Shown here: positions 1-12,149 of the stretch, piece after piece
Layout: each line of letters begins with the position of its first letter
How positions within the stretch are numbered: position 1 is the stretch's first letter
Source of the DNA: Octopus bimaculoides
Lineage: Eukaryota
DNA: 59,047 nucleotides
Reading direction: 5' to 3'
NCBI RefSeq assembly: GCF_001194135.2
Contig: NC_068987.1
Location: 70,207,731-70,266,777, forward strand
Made by a program: the position numbers and the translations under genes
The notes under the pieces: model-generated
The model's input: the letters and a program-made list of their open reading frames with translations, nothing else
What the model was told of the DNA's origin: nothing
Database searches by the model: none

Positions 1-69
<69 letters not shown>

Positions 70-167
70 TCCGTATGTATTCCGTGTTTAAATATACATG
101 TCTTTCTCTCTGTCTCTCGCTATTTATTTTATGTATGTGTATATATATATATATATGCGTGTGTGTG

Positions 168-220
<53 letters not shown>

Positions 221-310
221 ATGCACATACATGCATACATACGTACATATACGTATATTTATATAAAAGCATGCATACATGTATGCATATATGTATGTAT
301 GTGTACATAC
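1..310. repeat. Compound microsatellite (TA)n/(TG)n/(TATG)n
   Basis: Directly visible dinucleotide and tetranucleotide runs; they explain the V/C/Y/I-rich ORFs at 36-382. Confidence 0.95.
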
Positions 311-670
311 ATTTATGAACGTACATTGGTACTTACAAGAAACGATACCACTATTTATATGTGCATCTATTTCTATATTTAAAGATAATCGAATCTAAAA
401 GCACATTTGTGTATATGTTTGGAATATTACGAGCAGCAAGTGATGATATTTGATGTTTGATGCAAATTGAAATAGAAGGAAGAAGGACGACGAACAGAAA
501 GAATGTTTTCTACATTTATACCCAAAATAATCTTCGCATTCAAAACTCTTAAGAAAAGTTTATCTCAAATGTGTACTGCTTTTATTTGATCTCATCCTCA
601 GCCTTTCCTCCTCGTATTCATTGGTGCCACGGAGGATATATACATACATAATATATATACATACATATAT

Positions 671-701
<31 letters not shown>

Positions 702-959
702 NNNNNNNNNNNNNNNNNNNNNNNNNNNNNNNNNNNNNNNNNNNNNNNNNNNNNNNNNNNNNNNNNNNNNNNNNNNNNNNNNNNNNNNNNNNNNNNNNNN
801 NNNNNNNNNNNNNNNNNNNNNNNNNNNNNNNNNNNNNNNNNNNNNNNNNNNNNNNNNNNNNNNNNNNNNNNNNNNNNNNNNNNNNNNNNNNNNNNNNNNN
901 NNNNNNNNNNNNNNNNNNNNNNNNNNNNNNNNNNNNNNNNNNNNNNNNNNNNNNNNNNN
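702..959. other. Assembly gap (N run) flanked by (TA)n
   Basis: N run. Other gaps are at 10394-10565, 16863-16872, 17427-17849, 28752-29208, 55263-55454 and 57619-58005, most bordered by microsatellites. Confidence 0.99.
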
Positions 960-1494
960 ATATATATATATATATATATATACGCAAGAAAAAACAGGAG
1001 CTGGAAGGTATTCCTTCCTTGGAAGCCGACACCGACAGAAAGAATCAAAATCCATAATCTTGCCAAATGACTGGTAGATGGTGGGGAGCCGATTAGAAAT
1101 TTACAACAAAACGGAAATACGGCCAACTGTCGTTGCCTTGTTAACTTTATCATCCATTGACCGTGGGCATCTCTGGGGAATCTTTTCCAGAACGGAAATG
1201 TCTCATCCCTTTGTATCATTCAGCCAAACTTTAGCAATTTGGGTTAGCCCTGCTATGATCTTCTATCATTGTTCTTCCAATTTTCTGCAGTTTCCATCTT
1301 CTAATTGTTAATAGAGATTAACCCCGTGATAGGGAAGAGAAGCGAAGACGGAAAGAAAAGGAAGGCAGAAAGAAAGGAATAATGAGAAAGTAAAAGAAAC
1401 TGAAAGATAAGAAAAGAGACGGAGAAAAAGGGGGAAAGAAAAGAAAAATAGAGGAAATTAGATTGAGAGAATGAGATCTACATGCCTAATAAGT

Positions 1495-1700
1495 CCGTTA
1501 CACACGCACGCACATTCACACACACAAACACACACACGCACATAATACACATACACACACACACAAACACATGACACACACACAAACACGACACACACAC
1601 ACATCACACACACACACACCACACACCACACGCACGCACACGCACACAGAGGCATATACACAGAGATGTACGCACACACATAAACGCAAACATGCACACG
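1495..1700. repeat. Degenerate (CA)n tract
   Basis: CA-rich decayed repeat; explains ORF 1458-1724. Confidence 0.85.
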
Positions 1701-4700
1701 CACAGCTCCATACATCTCAGCCACAATATGTCACGTGACTTGCTCTCTTTTATGAGTCGACTATTCTGAATAAGAAGAGCACCACTGACACAGGTGCAAT
1801 AAATGAGAAAACTACAAGAATCGAAGCGTTAATTTGGGAATTAGGGGGCAAGTATTTCTTAGTCCCCTGCACAAAATGTTAACACTTAAAATAGAGATAT
1901 AAAATGGAAGCTTTAAAGAGGAATTTCATAACTGACTGCAGTCGCGAAACCATACTAAAACGGTATTAAATATTCTCAATGGAATGGTCGTGACAATTAA
2001 ACCATGTAAAAAGAACGTTCGTATTGTCTAGCAGCATGACAAACACTTGGTGACTGAGACTGTTCTCTTTTCTTTTACAGTCGAAATATCTCTTATCGCG
2101 GTACTTTTGTCTCGTGATTGGGAAATAAATATAATTAGAAGGTAATATTGCTGACTTTATGAGGAGGAATACTGTACTAAAATAATAGTAAAGCCAAAAA
2201 TATTCAGAATATAAAAGTAATAAGAGGAGATAATAATATAATTATCTAAGCATTCACAACCAGTAAACATCAAAAAATTAGAGTTCAAATTACATTTTTC
2301 TTCAAATTTTCATTTCATTTTCTGTTGTAGAGGCATTGACAAAGTCCACTGGAACGATAATATAGTTCATCATCGTGGAATTTTCGTTGTCGACATAAGA
2401 CATAAGATGACTTTGTAGAAGGAGGTGTTTTCCTAATAAGTGAAACATTGAATTAACTGTCAGAAACCAAGGTTAACACGTAGCATCAAGGTTAAACGAT
2501 CGACACAGTTTGTGTGTTTAGATCTGAGAGCCAATGCAAGAATGGTTTATATTTTGAATAGATTCATAGAATGACTTAAAAGCAGCACCACAACAGAATG
2601 AAAAACTGATGAATTATTTGCTCATCCGTAAGTAGTTGGATGTTTTGTTTAATTATTCTACGTGATCACTTAAAATCTATCTCTGGCTTATTGATCCTCA
2701 CACCGTGACGGGGCCATAACATGTTCAACAAGATATGTTCTGGTGCCCTGATGATGATTTTTTAAAAATCTGATTAAGCAACTTACTAGACATTTATGAC
2801 GTTTCAATGGGTACAGGTATGTTTATGAAGCACGCTTCGCAACTAAATTATTTAGGATTCAATTCCACTGCGCAGCACATCTTCTGTCGTAACCTCGGCA
2901 ATGTTACAGCCTTGAGTGTGAAATCTGATAGATGCAAACTGCATATAAAACTGTACAAAACAGCTTTTGTTTTCTTGGTTGATAGACTTAGTCCTTCAGC
3001 AGTTATAGCGCAACCACTTGACTCTTAGATAGATCTAGTAAACTTCATTTTGTTTCAAATATTTAAAACAGATATGATAATGCCTTCTTCTAGTCTCTGC
3101 GATTTAAGAATACTTTCGTTGTTTTTTTTTATGAAATCGGTCACTAATCTATCCAATGTAAGGCAAACGTATTCTTGAACTTACTTAGCGATATGAGACT
3201 CCTGTTGTCTTGATTAGGTTTACCATGCCAAATGAGCCTTGATTTAATTCTGCTTCAAATAGCTAATTTAATCTTTCATTTATTGGGCACACTGTGATAG
3301 CGCGTGATCGTCTTTGTAAATGAATTCTCGTGAACGAACCAAAGGGCTTTTAAAAAGGTATCGCTTCTTATAATGGTCCCTTTACCGGAGTATGTTTTAC
3401 TTGCAAATGAAGAAATAGTACCGTAAGCAAAACCAATGAGGGGAAATAGTTTATTGTAAGGAAACTGATGACTATAATTTCAGATCTGCAGTGATATTTG
3501 GAACATCTATGTTTCCGTGGTTTTATAGCAATACCAGAAAAGAGATAGATCCTCGCATGACAAAACATTGTCTCTTACAGTTAATATTGGTGTATAATTT
3601 GACACTTCAAACGACTTGAAAAAAAATGTACCAGCCTACTAAATTCCATTCTCCAAATCACAACAAGAAATAAAACCACTGCAGTTAGTTACCACACAAA
3701 TTATAAGCCTAAAACACAAAATACAGGATAGTTTCTAATCTCTACAAACCACTCACACAAAAATTCGCATATTTTACATTAAGAAATAACATACAATATT
3801 AGCTAACAAACTTCTTTTCAATGTATGACAACTAGAAACGACAATTTCTTGAACTGAGTACAACAAAGAAACTTAACTTGCTTCAATTAATTTGAATTTA
3901 TCTACACGACATTATAGTATTTTTCACAAAATATACTGACAGCTTCATACACAGAAGGAGTTACACTCACATGCAACAAATTATTCAACAGACACTGCAG
4001 CATAAAAAAAAATTGAAGTAGGACGAAAAGAGATCATCAAAGACAACCAACTCTCACAATCAACAATACTATCATATTCCCTATACATAAGAAACATATT
4101 AATAGTTAATACACCTCCTCTACACATACAAGATAGTAAATAAAGCAAAATGGTACATGTACGCAGAACGATCACAAGTTTGGCGAACACAACTATGCGA
4201 AAACAATGGTATGCAGAAATGCACTAGATCTATTTTGGACAGTGCAATCCTTTATGTGTCATTCATGTCTACACAAACAAAGCATAAAGTAAAAAGTACG
4301 GAAAAGAGTACACTAGACATAAAGCAGGCTGTATGCAATTCAAACCCACAATCTACAATGAAAAAGCGTACTAAAAATCAACGATAACATTGACATGAAA
4401 CATATTTAGTTCGTTGCCGCAGCATACATCATTCACTACAGTCCCTGCTATTACATGAAACCACTTCAAGCACCCAGATACATATACAGCAACTCAGCCG
4501 TATTCTTAACACATGTTTTCTACGCGAAATCTAACAAAAAAAAAATTTTTTAATAAATAAACGTATACACACTCTCACATAAATTGTGATAACATCTGTA
4601 TCCTCACCCAGCACCAACAATAAGCACCAAGTCACAGTAGCTGTCACATCGAGTCTCCTTTATTTGCAAGCAAGGACTACTCCGACCGAAAATAGTCTAG

Positions 4701-5344
4701 TGTATTAAATCCAGCCTATGAATCTATAACTCATGCGATTGATCACTGCATGTCAGAGTTGGGAGCATGGTGCTCAGTTCTACGAAAACATGGTATAACT
4801 AGGAAACATGTCAGGGATATGTATATCTACATTTGGCCAACTCTCAGTGTAATCACTGAGCAGCCCATTCGGAGATGAGTATAGGTTAGACAAAAACAAC
4901 ATACGTAAAATCTACTGCATTCACCACATGCCTTACGGTGCACCGTGAAACAAGTTAAGATGCCGATTTTGTTGATAAGTTAATTATTCAGGGTGTAGTC
5001 ATTCTTGTAGAATGCTGGGGATTCCCTGAGAAATATTTCCGAGCGAACGCCAAGAGAGAGTTTTACTCTATTCATTATTCACATTTGTTGTATATCCAAC
5101 CCCTTCCGCCAGTCATTACCTTCCTACGAAAGTATGGATGCTTCAAGAAGTAAGAGTTATGTTAGTATAAATTCATACTCTTCCAAAATTTCTTATAAGC
5201 TGACGTTTAGGTAGCCGTTAACACTTAATGCTATTTGAAACAGTTGGACTTTAGGGTTAGATCTCCTACTGACAGTAATGAAATGAAACACATATATAGA
5301 GGCAGACACAATGAATACAAAAAAGTAATAGAATACAACACTCA

Positions 5345-5362
5345 TACATACACACACACGCG

Positions 5363-5447
<85 letters not shown>
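5345..5447. repeat. (CA)n microsatellite
   Basis: Direct read. Confidence 0.95.
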
Positions 5448-5448
<1 letters not shown>

Positions 5449-6087
5449 AACTCACACATTCTTTGCAAATAACATCAACGTTTAAGTGGGAATAAATATT
5501 ACCTCTCGGTATTAATACCACTGTCGCTAAAATATATTTTTTAACAAGCTAACTGGTTAATCGCGACACTAGTGCCTGTTCTGGCACTGATTTTCTATAT
5601 ATCTCTAGAGAGGAGATGAGTCACTGCTATCTCTAGCGGTTGAATATCCAGTACCAATAAGATCAAATGCGATCGAAATCACGTGATCCGGTGGTCTCGA
5701 TGCTGGACTTGGTGGGGAGTTATCGCCACGATTGAGATATGAACAAACAAGTGTGATTTCTGCACCAGAAGCCTTTATCAGAGTTTCTCTGTGGTAAATA
5801 CCGCAGCGAATGTTGTTCTAACTGAACGTCCACATTTAACTGGGAATAAGTATTACCGCTTGATATTAATAATGCCTCTATCGCTAATATATATATTTTT
5901 ACAATGTACCGACGAAGCTTGAAAATAGAGTAGGACGACAAAAAACTTGTGGCAAATTACATAACAATAAGACTAGAACTGAAGTGAAGTATAGCCAGTG
6001 TGTTTTATCGTTGCTAATACGACCCTCCAGAAGTACAATATTGTCGGTTTTACCGCATGATCTCACGTTACAACTGTAGGAAATTTG

Positions 6088-6091
<4 letters not shown>

Positions 6092-6128
<37 letters not shown>

Positions 6129-6132
6129 TCTT

Positions 6133-6220
<88 letters not shown>
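6092..6220. repeat. (CA)n-(CT)n compound microsatellite
   Basis: Direct read. Confidence 0.95.
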
Positions 6221-6222
<2 letters not shown>

Positions 6223-6384
6223 ACACACAAACATCCAATAACCCACACTTTCTCTTGTTTTTTAGTAGATAACGTTTAAACAAGAGATGCTTGTAAAGAA
6301 GACGAAAAGGAAAAGCACAAGGGAGATAACACACGTAACAATAATTCGACGTCAAGCAGACGTAAACCTGATGTTAATGGTTTA

Positions 6385-7070
6385 TTAAGTGCCTGGTGGT
6401 TTACTTTTAAATTCCGACAAGATGTATTTTTTTGAAATGTAGACATAACGATAAAATCTCGTTCGTTGAATTTATGTGTTCGTTGGAGGTTCTCGAGTGT
6501 TTTAATAGATGTAGTTTTTCAAGCGAACCCACTGAACATTTTCTAGACCCATTAATATAGGGTCTGGACTTAGAGAGGATTCTTCATTTGATGCCGAAAT
6601 TGGTCCCTTCATTTTTGAGTTTCCAGATTAAAGCCGAAACATTATTGAATGTCTCTTATCACGGTACCTACAATTCGAAAGATGGTTGTTATATCTAGAT
6701 TTAAATTTTCCTTGCGCGGCTCTGATATAACGTGTGATATTTATAAGATCATTGTCGTAGTTTGCGGAAACGCGCGCATCACAAACAACGGAAGATATAT
6801 CGCACTCCAGTCGTGGAGGATATTTAGCTTTATCTCTGCATGTGCATCCGGCATAGGCTTGGGTCGTCTGTTGCGTACTAAAATAGGATTTAACTTTAGG
6901 ACAAGAAAAAGTATCTTATATAGTATGTCTATTAAAATTTTTATTGTATATCTATGGGTTCTAGAGAAACGGATATCTACTAAGTACAAGAATCTCCTAC
7001 TTACATTTGTCCTAATGTTATAGGAGAAAGCGGGGGAAGCCATTAAAAAATTACGAAGCCTATTCTTACG
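6385..7070 (-). mobile_element. Decayed Penelope-like retroelement 3' fragment (RT-EN linker plus GIY-YIG endonuclease)
   Basis: Manual minus-strand translation across frameshifts: SPAFSYNIRTNVSRRFLYLVDIRFSRTHRY (linker like FNPPFSxNVxTNVGxxFLxLIDKHF), then YIRAAQGKFKSRYNNH...WKLKNEG..IK*RILSKSRPY.NGSRKC...LEKLHLL...INSTNEILSLCLHFKKYILS. This is the typical C-terminus of marine-invertebrate PLE proteins. Confidence 0.8.
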
Positions 7071-7166
7071 TCTAGATGATAGAGAAAGTGTGGGTTGTAG
7101 AAGATTTTATCAGTAGAGTCGCTATCCTGCAGGACCTTATAATATGCGACTATTTCTTGAATATTT

Positions 7167-7252
7167 CGGAATTTGAACTCATAAGGTAACGGCATATGAA
7201 ATACCGCTAAGCATTTTGCCCGGCGTGCTAACGTTTCTGCCAGCTCGCTGCC
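7167..7252 (-). mobile_element. tRNA-derived SINE family A, head-only fragment
   Basis: Reverse complement reads ggcagcgagctggcagaaacgttagcacgccgggcaaaatgcttagcggtatttc...gagttcaaattccg, the same head as 40437-40650. Confidence 0.8.
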
Positions 7253-7374
7253 TTATAGTTTGAATTTCTGCTAAGGTAAAATAAAAACAAAGGTATTCCA
7301 TCCGGTGAGAGATCAATTTTGTTTAATGTAAACAGTCTATAATCAGTCATGAGCTAATACTAGTTTCTTTCAAA

Positions 7375-7578
7375 GGTGGCGAGCTGGCAGAAAAATAAAA
7401 GATACTTAACGGTATTTCGTCTGTCTTTACGTTCTGAGTTCAAATTCCGCCGAAGCAGACTTTACTTTTCATTCTTTGGAGGTCGATAAATTAAGTACCA
7501 GTTGCGTACTGGGGTTGATCTGATCGACTGGCCCCCTCCCCCCAAATTTCGGCCCTTGTCCCTAGAGTAGAAAAGAAT
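7375..7578 (+). mobile_element. tRNA-derived SINE family A
   Basis: ggcgagctggcagaa head, B-box gagttcaaattcc, body gtcgataaattaagtaccagttgcgtactgggg, tail cctagagtagaaaagaa; highly similar to 40437-40650. Confidence 0.85.
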
Positions 7579-7829
7579 AATAGTTAATTTCAATAGCCTC
7601 TTACATGAGCCACTAATAGTTTATAATAGTTTCTAGGCAGGCAGTGATCTTCCGGCCTTGATATGTGGTGTATTGTAACTTGTATAGGCTATGTGTTCTG
7701 TGCTTGATGATTATGACTACTCGGACACACTTGGCGATTTACTAAAACCTGCCTAGAAAATATCTCTAATGTATGAAACTATTAGTAGCGCATAAGTATA
7801 TACTGTGTACGTTAAACGGTATAAATATA

Positions 7830-8002
7830 AATATATATGCGCGTGTGTGTTTGTATGTGGGAATTTTTGTGCATGTGTATGTATGTATGCATGCATGCCT
7901 GTATGTATGTATGTATGTAAGTATGTATGTATGTATGTTTGTATGTATTTTTGTATGTATGTATGTAGTATGTATATATGTATGTATTTATGTATGTATG
8001 TA
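7830..8002. repeat. (TATG)n degenerate tetranucleotide repeat
   Basis: Direct read. Confidence 0.9.
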
Positions 8003-8121
8003 TACGCTCAGACAATAATACACTCGGAAAGTAATGAAATTAAGAATGGAAAGAGAAAGTAGTGAATCGAAATGTGTTGGAGCACGTGTACGATGTCGGA
8101 AGATAGAAGAATGAAAAAAAC

Positions 8122-8161
<40 letters not shown>

Positions 8162-8900
8162 CAATACACACAGACACACATACACACACACAAACACATA
8201 CGCCAACACAAACACACATGCATACACACATGTTCACACACGCACACTCGATTGCACATACATATATAAAAAATGACAGATATATAGAAAGATTGAGAGA
8301 CAAATTTGTATTAGGTTTTGTGATCCAAAATACATCGCTTTAAAATTACTGAAATGAAATTAGTCACTGTTAATGTGGCATGTCGTCTTTGCAGTAATTC
8401 CATGCAATTCTCTAGGAATTATTCACTTGTCTATGAAAGTTATTCAATTTCATGTAGAATTAATGGTATTAGCAACTCATTAACAATGTCAAACTTGCAT
8501 TCATTTCCCCTTTCATTTTATATGTCTTTCTTTTTCTCTTAAATTTATTCTCCGTGTTTCTTACTGTCGTATGCTCATTCTTCCGTTCTTTCTTTCTTTC
8601 AATCACTATTTCTGTCTCCTCTACTTTGCCGTCTTGCTCTTATTTTATTTGAATTTATTTATCATTTCAAGTGTTATTTTTCTCCTTTTAGTTTTTCTTT
8701 TATTTTGTAAGGAATTGTTTATTGTATTTTCGTATTTTTTAAATATATAAATCACTCATCCTCTCTATCTTTTCCTTTTATTCTCTGTCTGTTATACACC
8801 TTTATGCAGATACATACATATGTAGACGTACTTGCATATATTTATTTCTTTGCATACACACACACACACACGCACACACACACACACACACACGCGCGCA

Positions 8901-8943
<43 letters not shown>

Positions 8944-10565
8944 TGTGTGTATATTTTCCTACCGATCGACATTCAGGACATGTGGAACATTCTGTGACTA
9001 GTCGATTATTCAGCAGGTATACAGTAAGACAAAGCCCTACGAAGCCTTCCGATAAGTAGCAGTTGAATATGAGGGAATGAATGAATGAATGAAAGTAAAG
9101 AATTCAGAAGGTACACAAGTGTGATCTAACAAGCGCGTTTACGTACAATATTAAGAATTCTGTTTCATTAAGTCTTAATTAGCATGCTATGATACTAACG
9201 AAATATTAGGTTAGAAAACTTAAAAGAATTTAGGGACGTTTGAGGAGGTAACTGGATATGCAGAAATCTTACGAAACTGGTCTTAATTTAAATGAAATAG
9301 GAATTTATTCAGAGAGATACCATTGCAGTTCTAAATGTGTTTGTGGGATCTGTGTGTGTGCATATGTATGTATGTGTGTTTGGGGGCTGTGAAATCGTTG
9401 TTAATTGTCACAGGGTGATGGAAACTTCTTAGTCTTATCCATGTAATGCAGTATTTTCTCCTCAAGGTGGAATAGTCGGTAGATAAATTGTCCCCTATGA
9501 GCAAACAGTGTGACGCTTTGTGGTTTCCCTATTAGCATCCTCTCTAAGCACATCTTACACTATAACACACTCGTGATAGCGGATAAGAACTTTGTGAGCC
9601 AAGGTCGCCATAACCCATATAGGAGAAGGACCCCATCAAAATTGCAAAACGCAATGAAAGAAGAAAATTACGCCAAGATTTGACACTACAGTGACGAGTT
9701 CGAGTTTTGAAAATCCGGCAGAAACACGCGTCGAATTGGAATTTAATGACAATAATATTATAATACAGAGATTTTGAAGATGCATAATTCTCCATTCTCT
9801 TTTTGATGTCTTCATTTTATACTCTTCATGGCGTATGGAGAATAAATTTAGGATTTACCCATCGAAATGTAATTATTCACCTAAAACAATGGAATATGTT
9901 TCCTATCTTTCGATACACTGAGCCCTATCATTCGATATGGATTCTGTCAGAGTGCTAGCATGGCATCCTCACGGATTCCAAATTTCTGTCCCGTTACGTT
10001 ATGTGCATACATACATTATATATATATATGGAAAAGTGGTACAACAATCCACTAATATTTACTGGAAATAGCAGAACCGATAATATACGACGCTATAGAA
10101 AAGTTTCACTGTGTATATACTGGTGAAGATGTTTGAGGGTGGTGAACATAAAACAATTCATCTAACCTAAAGGAAGAACATTAGATAAATGTACAACCCA
10201 GATGTGGACAATCTAGGACCTAGATTTCAAACTCTCCAAAATACATTTGTCAACGTAAATTTGATTAGTTCTCTTCAGCTAGATTCAGAAGACAAAATTT
10301 TGAATATACTTTAACCATATGGTGCTTTGTTTTACTGGATAGCAACTCTAATATATAGCAGTACAGATATATATATATATATATATATATATANNNNNNN
10401 NNNNNNNNNNNNNNNNNNNNNNNNNNNNNNNNNNNNNNNNNNNNNNNNNNNNNNNNNNNNNNNNNNNNNNNNNNNNNNNNNNNNNNNNNNNNNNNNNNNN
10501 NNNNNNNNNNNNNNNNNNNNNNNNNNNNNNNNNNNNNNNNNNNNNNNNNNNNNNNNNNNNNNNNN

Positions 10566-11025
10566 AAGAAAAGCAACAAAAATTCAATAGGTTATAGCAG
10601 TACGTACGTTTCGTACAAACTCCATTTATTCATGTAGTGAGAACACTACATAAAATGTACAATGAAAATGTACTCCTCAGCTGCATAATGGAATTTCATT
10701 TTAGAAAGTCATTTTGTAGATGTGTGCAAAAAACAAGAGTAAGAGAAGAAAACATACCATTTTGACTATGCTGCTGTTCAACAGTCTATGCTGCTGTTCA
10801 ACTAGACTGTTGAACACCAGCATAGTCAAGATGGTATGTTTTCTTCTCTTACTCTTGTTTTTTGCACATATCTACAAAATGACTTTCTAAAATGAAATTC
10901 CATTATGCAGCTGATGAGTACATTTTCATTGTACATTTTATGTAGTGTTCTCACTACATAAATAAATGGAGCTTGTACGAAACGTACGTACTGCTATAAC
11001 CTATTGAATTTTTGTTGCTTTTCTT
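10566..11025. repeat. Long inverted repeat: 223-bp arms (10566-10788 and 10803-11025), 14-bp spacer, about 6 mismatches
   Basis: Arms aligned by hand, e.g. aagaaaagcaacaaaaattcaatagg versus cctattgaatttttgttgcttttctt. The left arm runs into the gap, so it may be longer. Confidence 0.95.
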
Positions 11026-11138
11026 CAAATTTTATTCACCAAATCTCTTGATTTTGTTTTGGGTTTTTACGCTACCAAATTCTGCTGCTTCAAACATTTT
11101 AAGTACCACATTTAACCTTTTGATTAAATCTATATTAT

Positions 11139-11170
<32 letters not shown>

Positions 11171-12041
11171 TATATTCTGATTGAATCTTCTATGCGCTAA
11201 TATGTACCTCCTTGCGACAATGTAATCTTCCATTTAAGATATCGTTGACCTGAAGAGTATCCTGCTGTATACACCTCGGATATTTACCACTTCTGAGGTT
11301 CGGCTCGCTATGAAACATATGGAGTCCGGGTCGTATCTACTCCATTCTTTAATTTTTGCATTCTTATTCGCACACCCGGTAATCCTGGTCGCCTACTGTA
11401 AAATATGAAAAGAACTATTTTACAATTTATCGTACTTCGATGCAAAAATATTCATAATCTTCCGTCTCAATAACCCACTATTGTCCCTGAAAGTTGTTCT
11501 TTTATATTTACTACGGATTGCTTGAAGCTAATTTCCTTCCTACGCCTCGATTCCTGGATCTTATATGTGTGTGTGTGTGAGGATGTATGTGTATGTATGC
11601 ATGTATGTATGTATATGCGTGTAGCTTCTTTATGGTACCTTTTCTATGCGATTATTATCGTTCTCACCTACTTTATCTCTTTCACTGGATATCTCTCTCT
11701 CTTCACTCATCATTTTTACCATACACTAAGAATTTTGTTTGTCTTTCTTATATTTATGTACTTAACTTTCATTCACTTCCTTTTGTTATAGTTATTTTTC
11801 TTACACTGTCCTCATTGTTTCTCTATGTACTCATCACATTACTGTTTTCTTTTTTATGTTAGCAACTGATGGAAATGCATAGTAAAAAATAAGCAGCCAA
11901 AATAATGGGAAATTAAACCATAGTCTTCTTAATTTTCATCACTTATCTCATGCGCCTTTTCTTAATTTTTTCTGTACTCTGTATTCTGTATCCTTAAGAG
12001 TTTGTTCATTTCTTTCAAAACTTATCCGCATTTCATTTTAA

Positions 12042-12149
<108 letters not shown>

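Noticed and set aside
560-1219. Long ORFs spanning N runs (also 10265-10590, 17389-17896, 28707-29332, 55043-55503, 57351-58141)
   Set aside because: Their length comes from X residues and (TA)n; they are not evidence of coding.
2270-3330. Coding-like block with LNQGSFGMV (kinase Gly-loop-like) on the minus strand
   Set aside because: No downstream VAIK, HRD or DFG motifs in any frame and many stops; treated as chance or an unidentifiable relic.
6575-6600. In-frame TGA in the PLE endonuclease (IK*RI) as possible selenocysteine
   Set aside because: It sits at a conserved Trp (IKWRI), so TGG-to-TGA decay in a copy with other frameshifts is the simpler explanation.
11215-11560. Possible APE-endonuclease LINE fragment (IQESRR)
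   Set aside because: Only one short motif is recognisable; insufficient.
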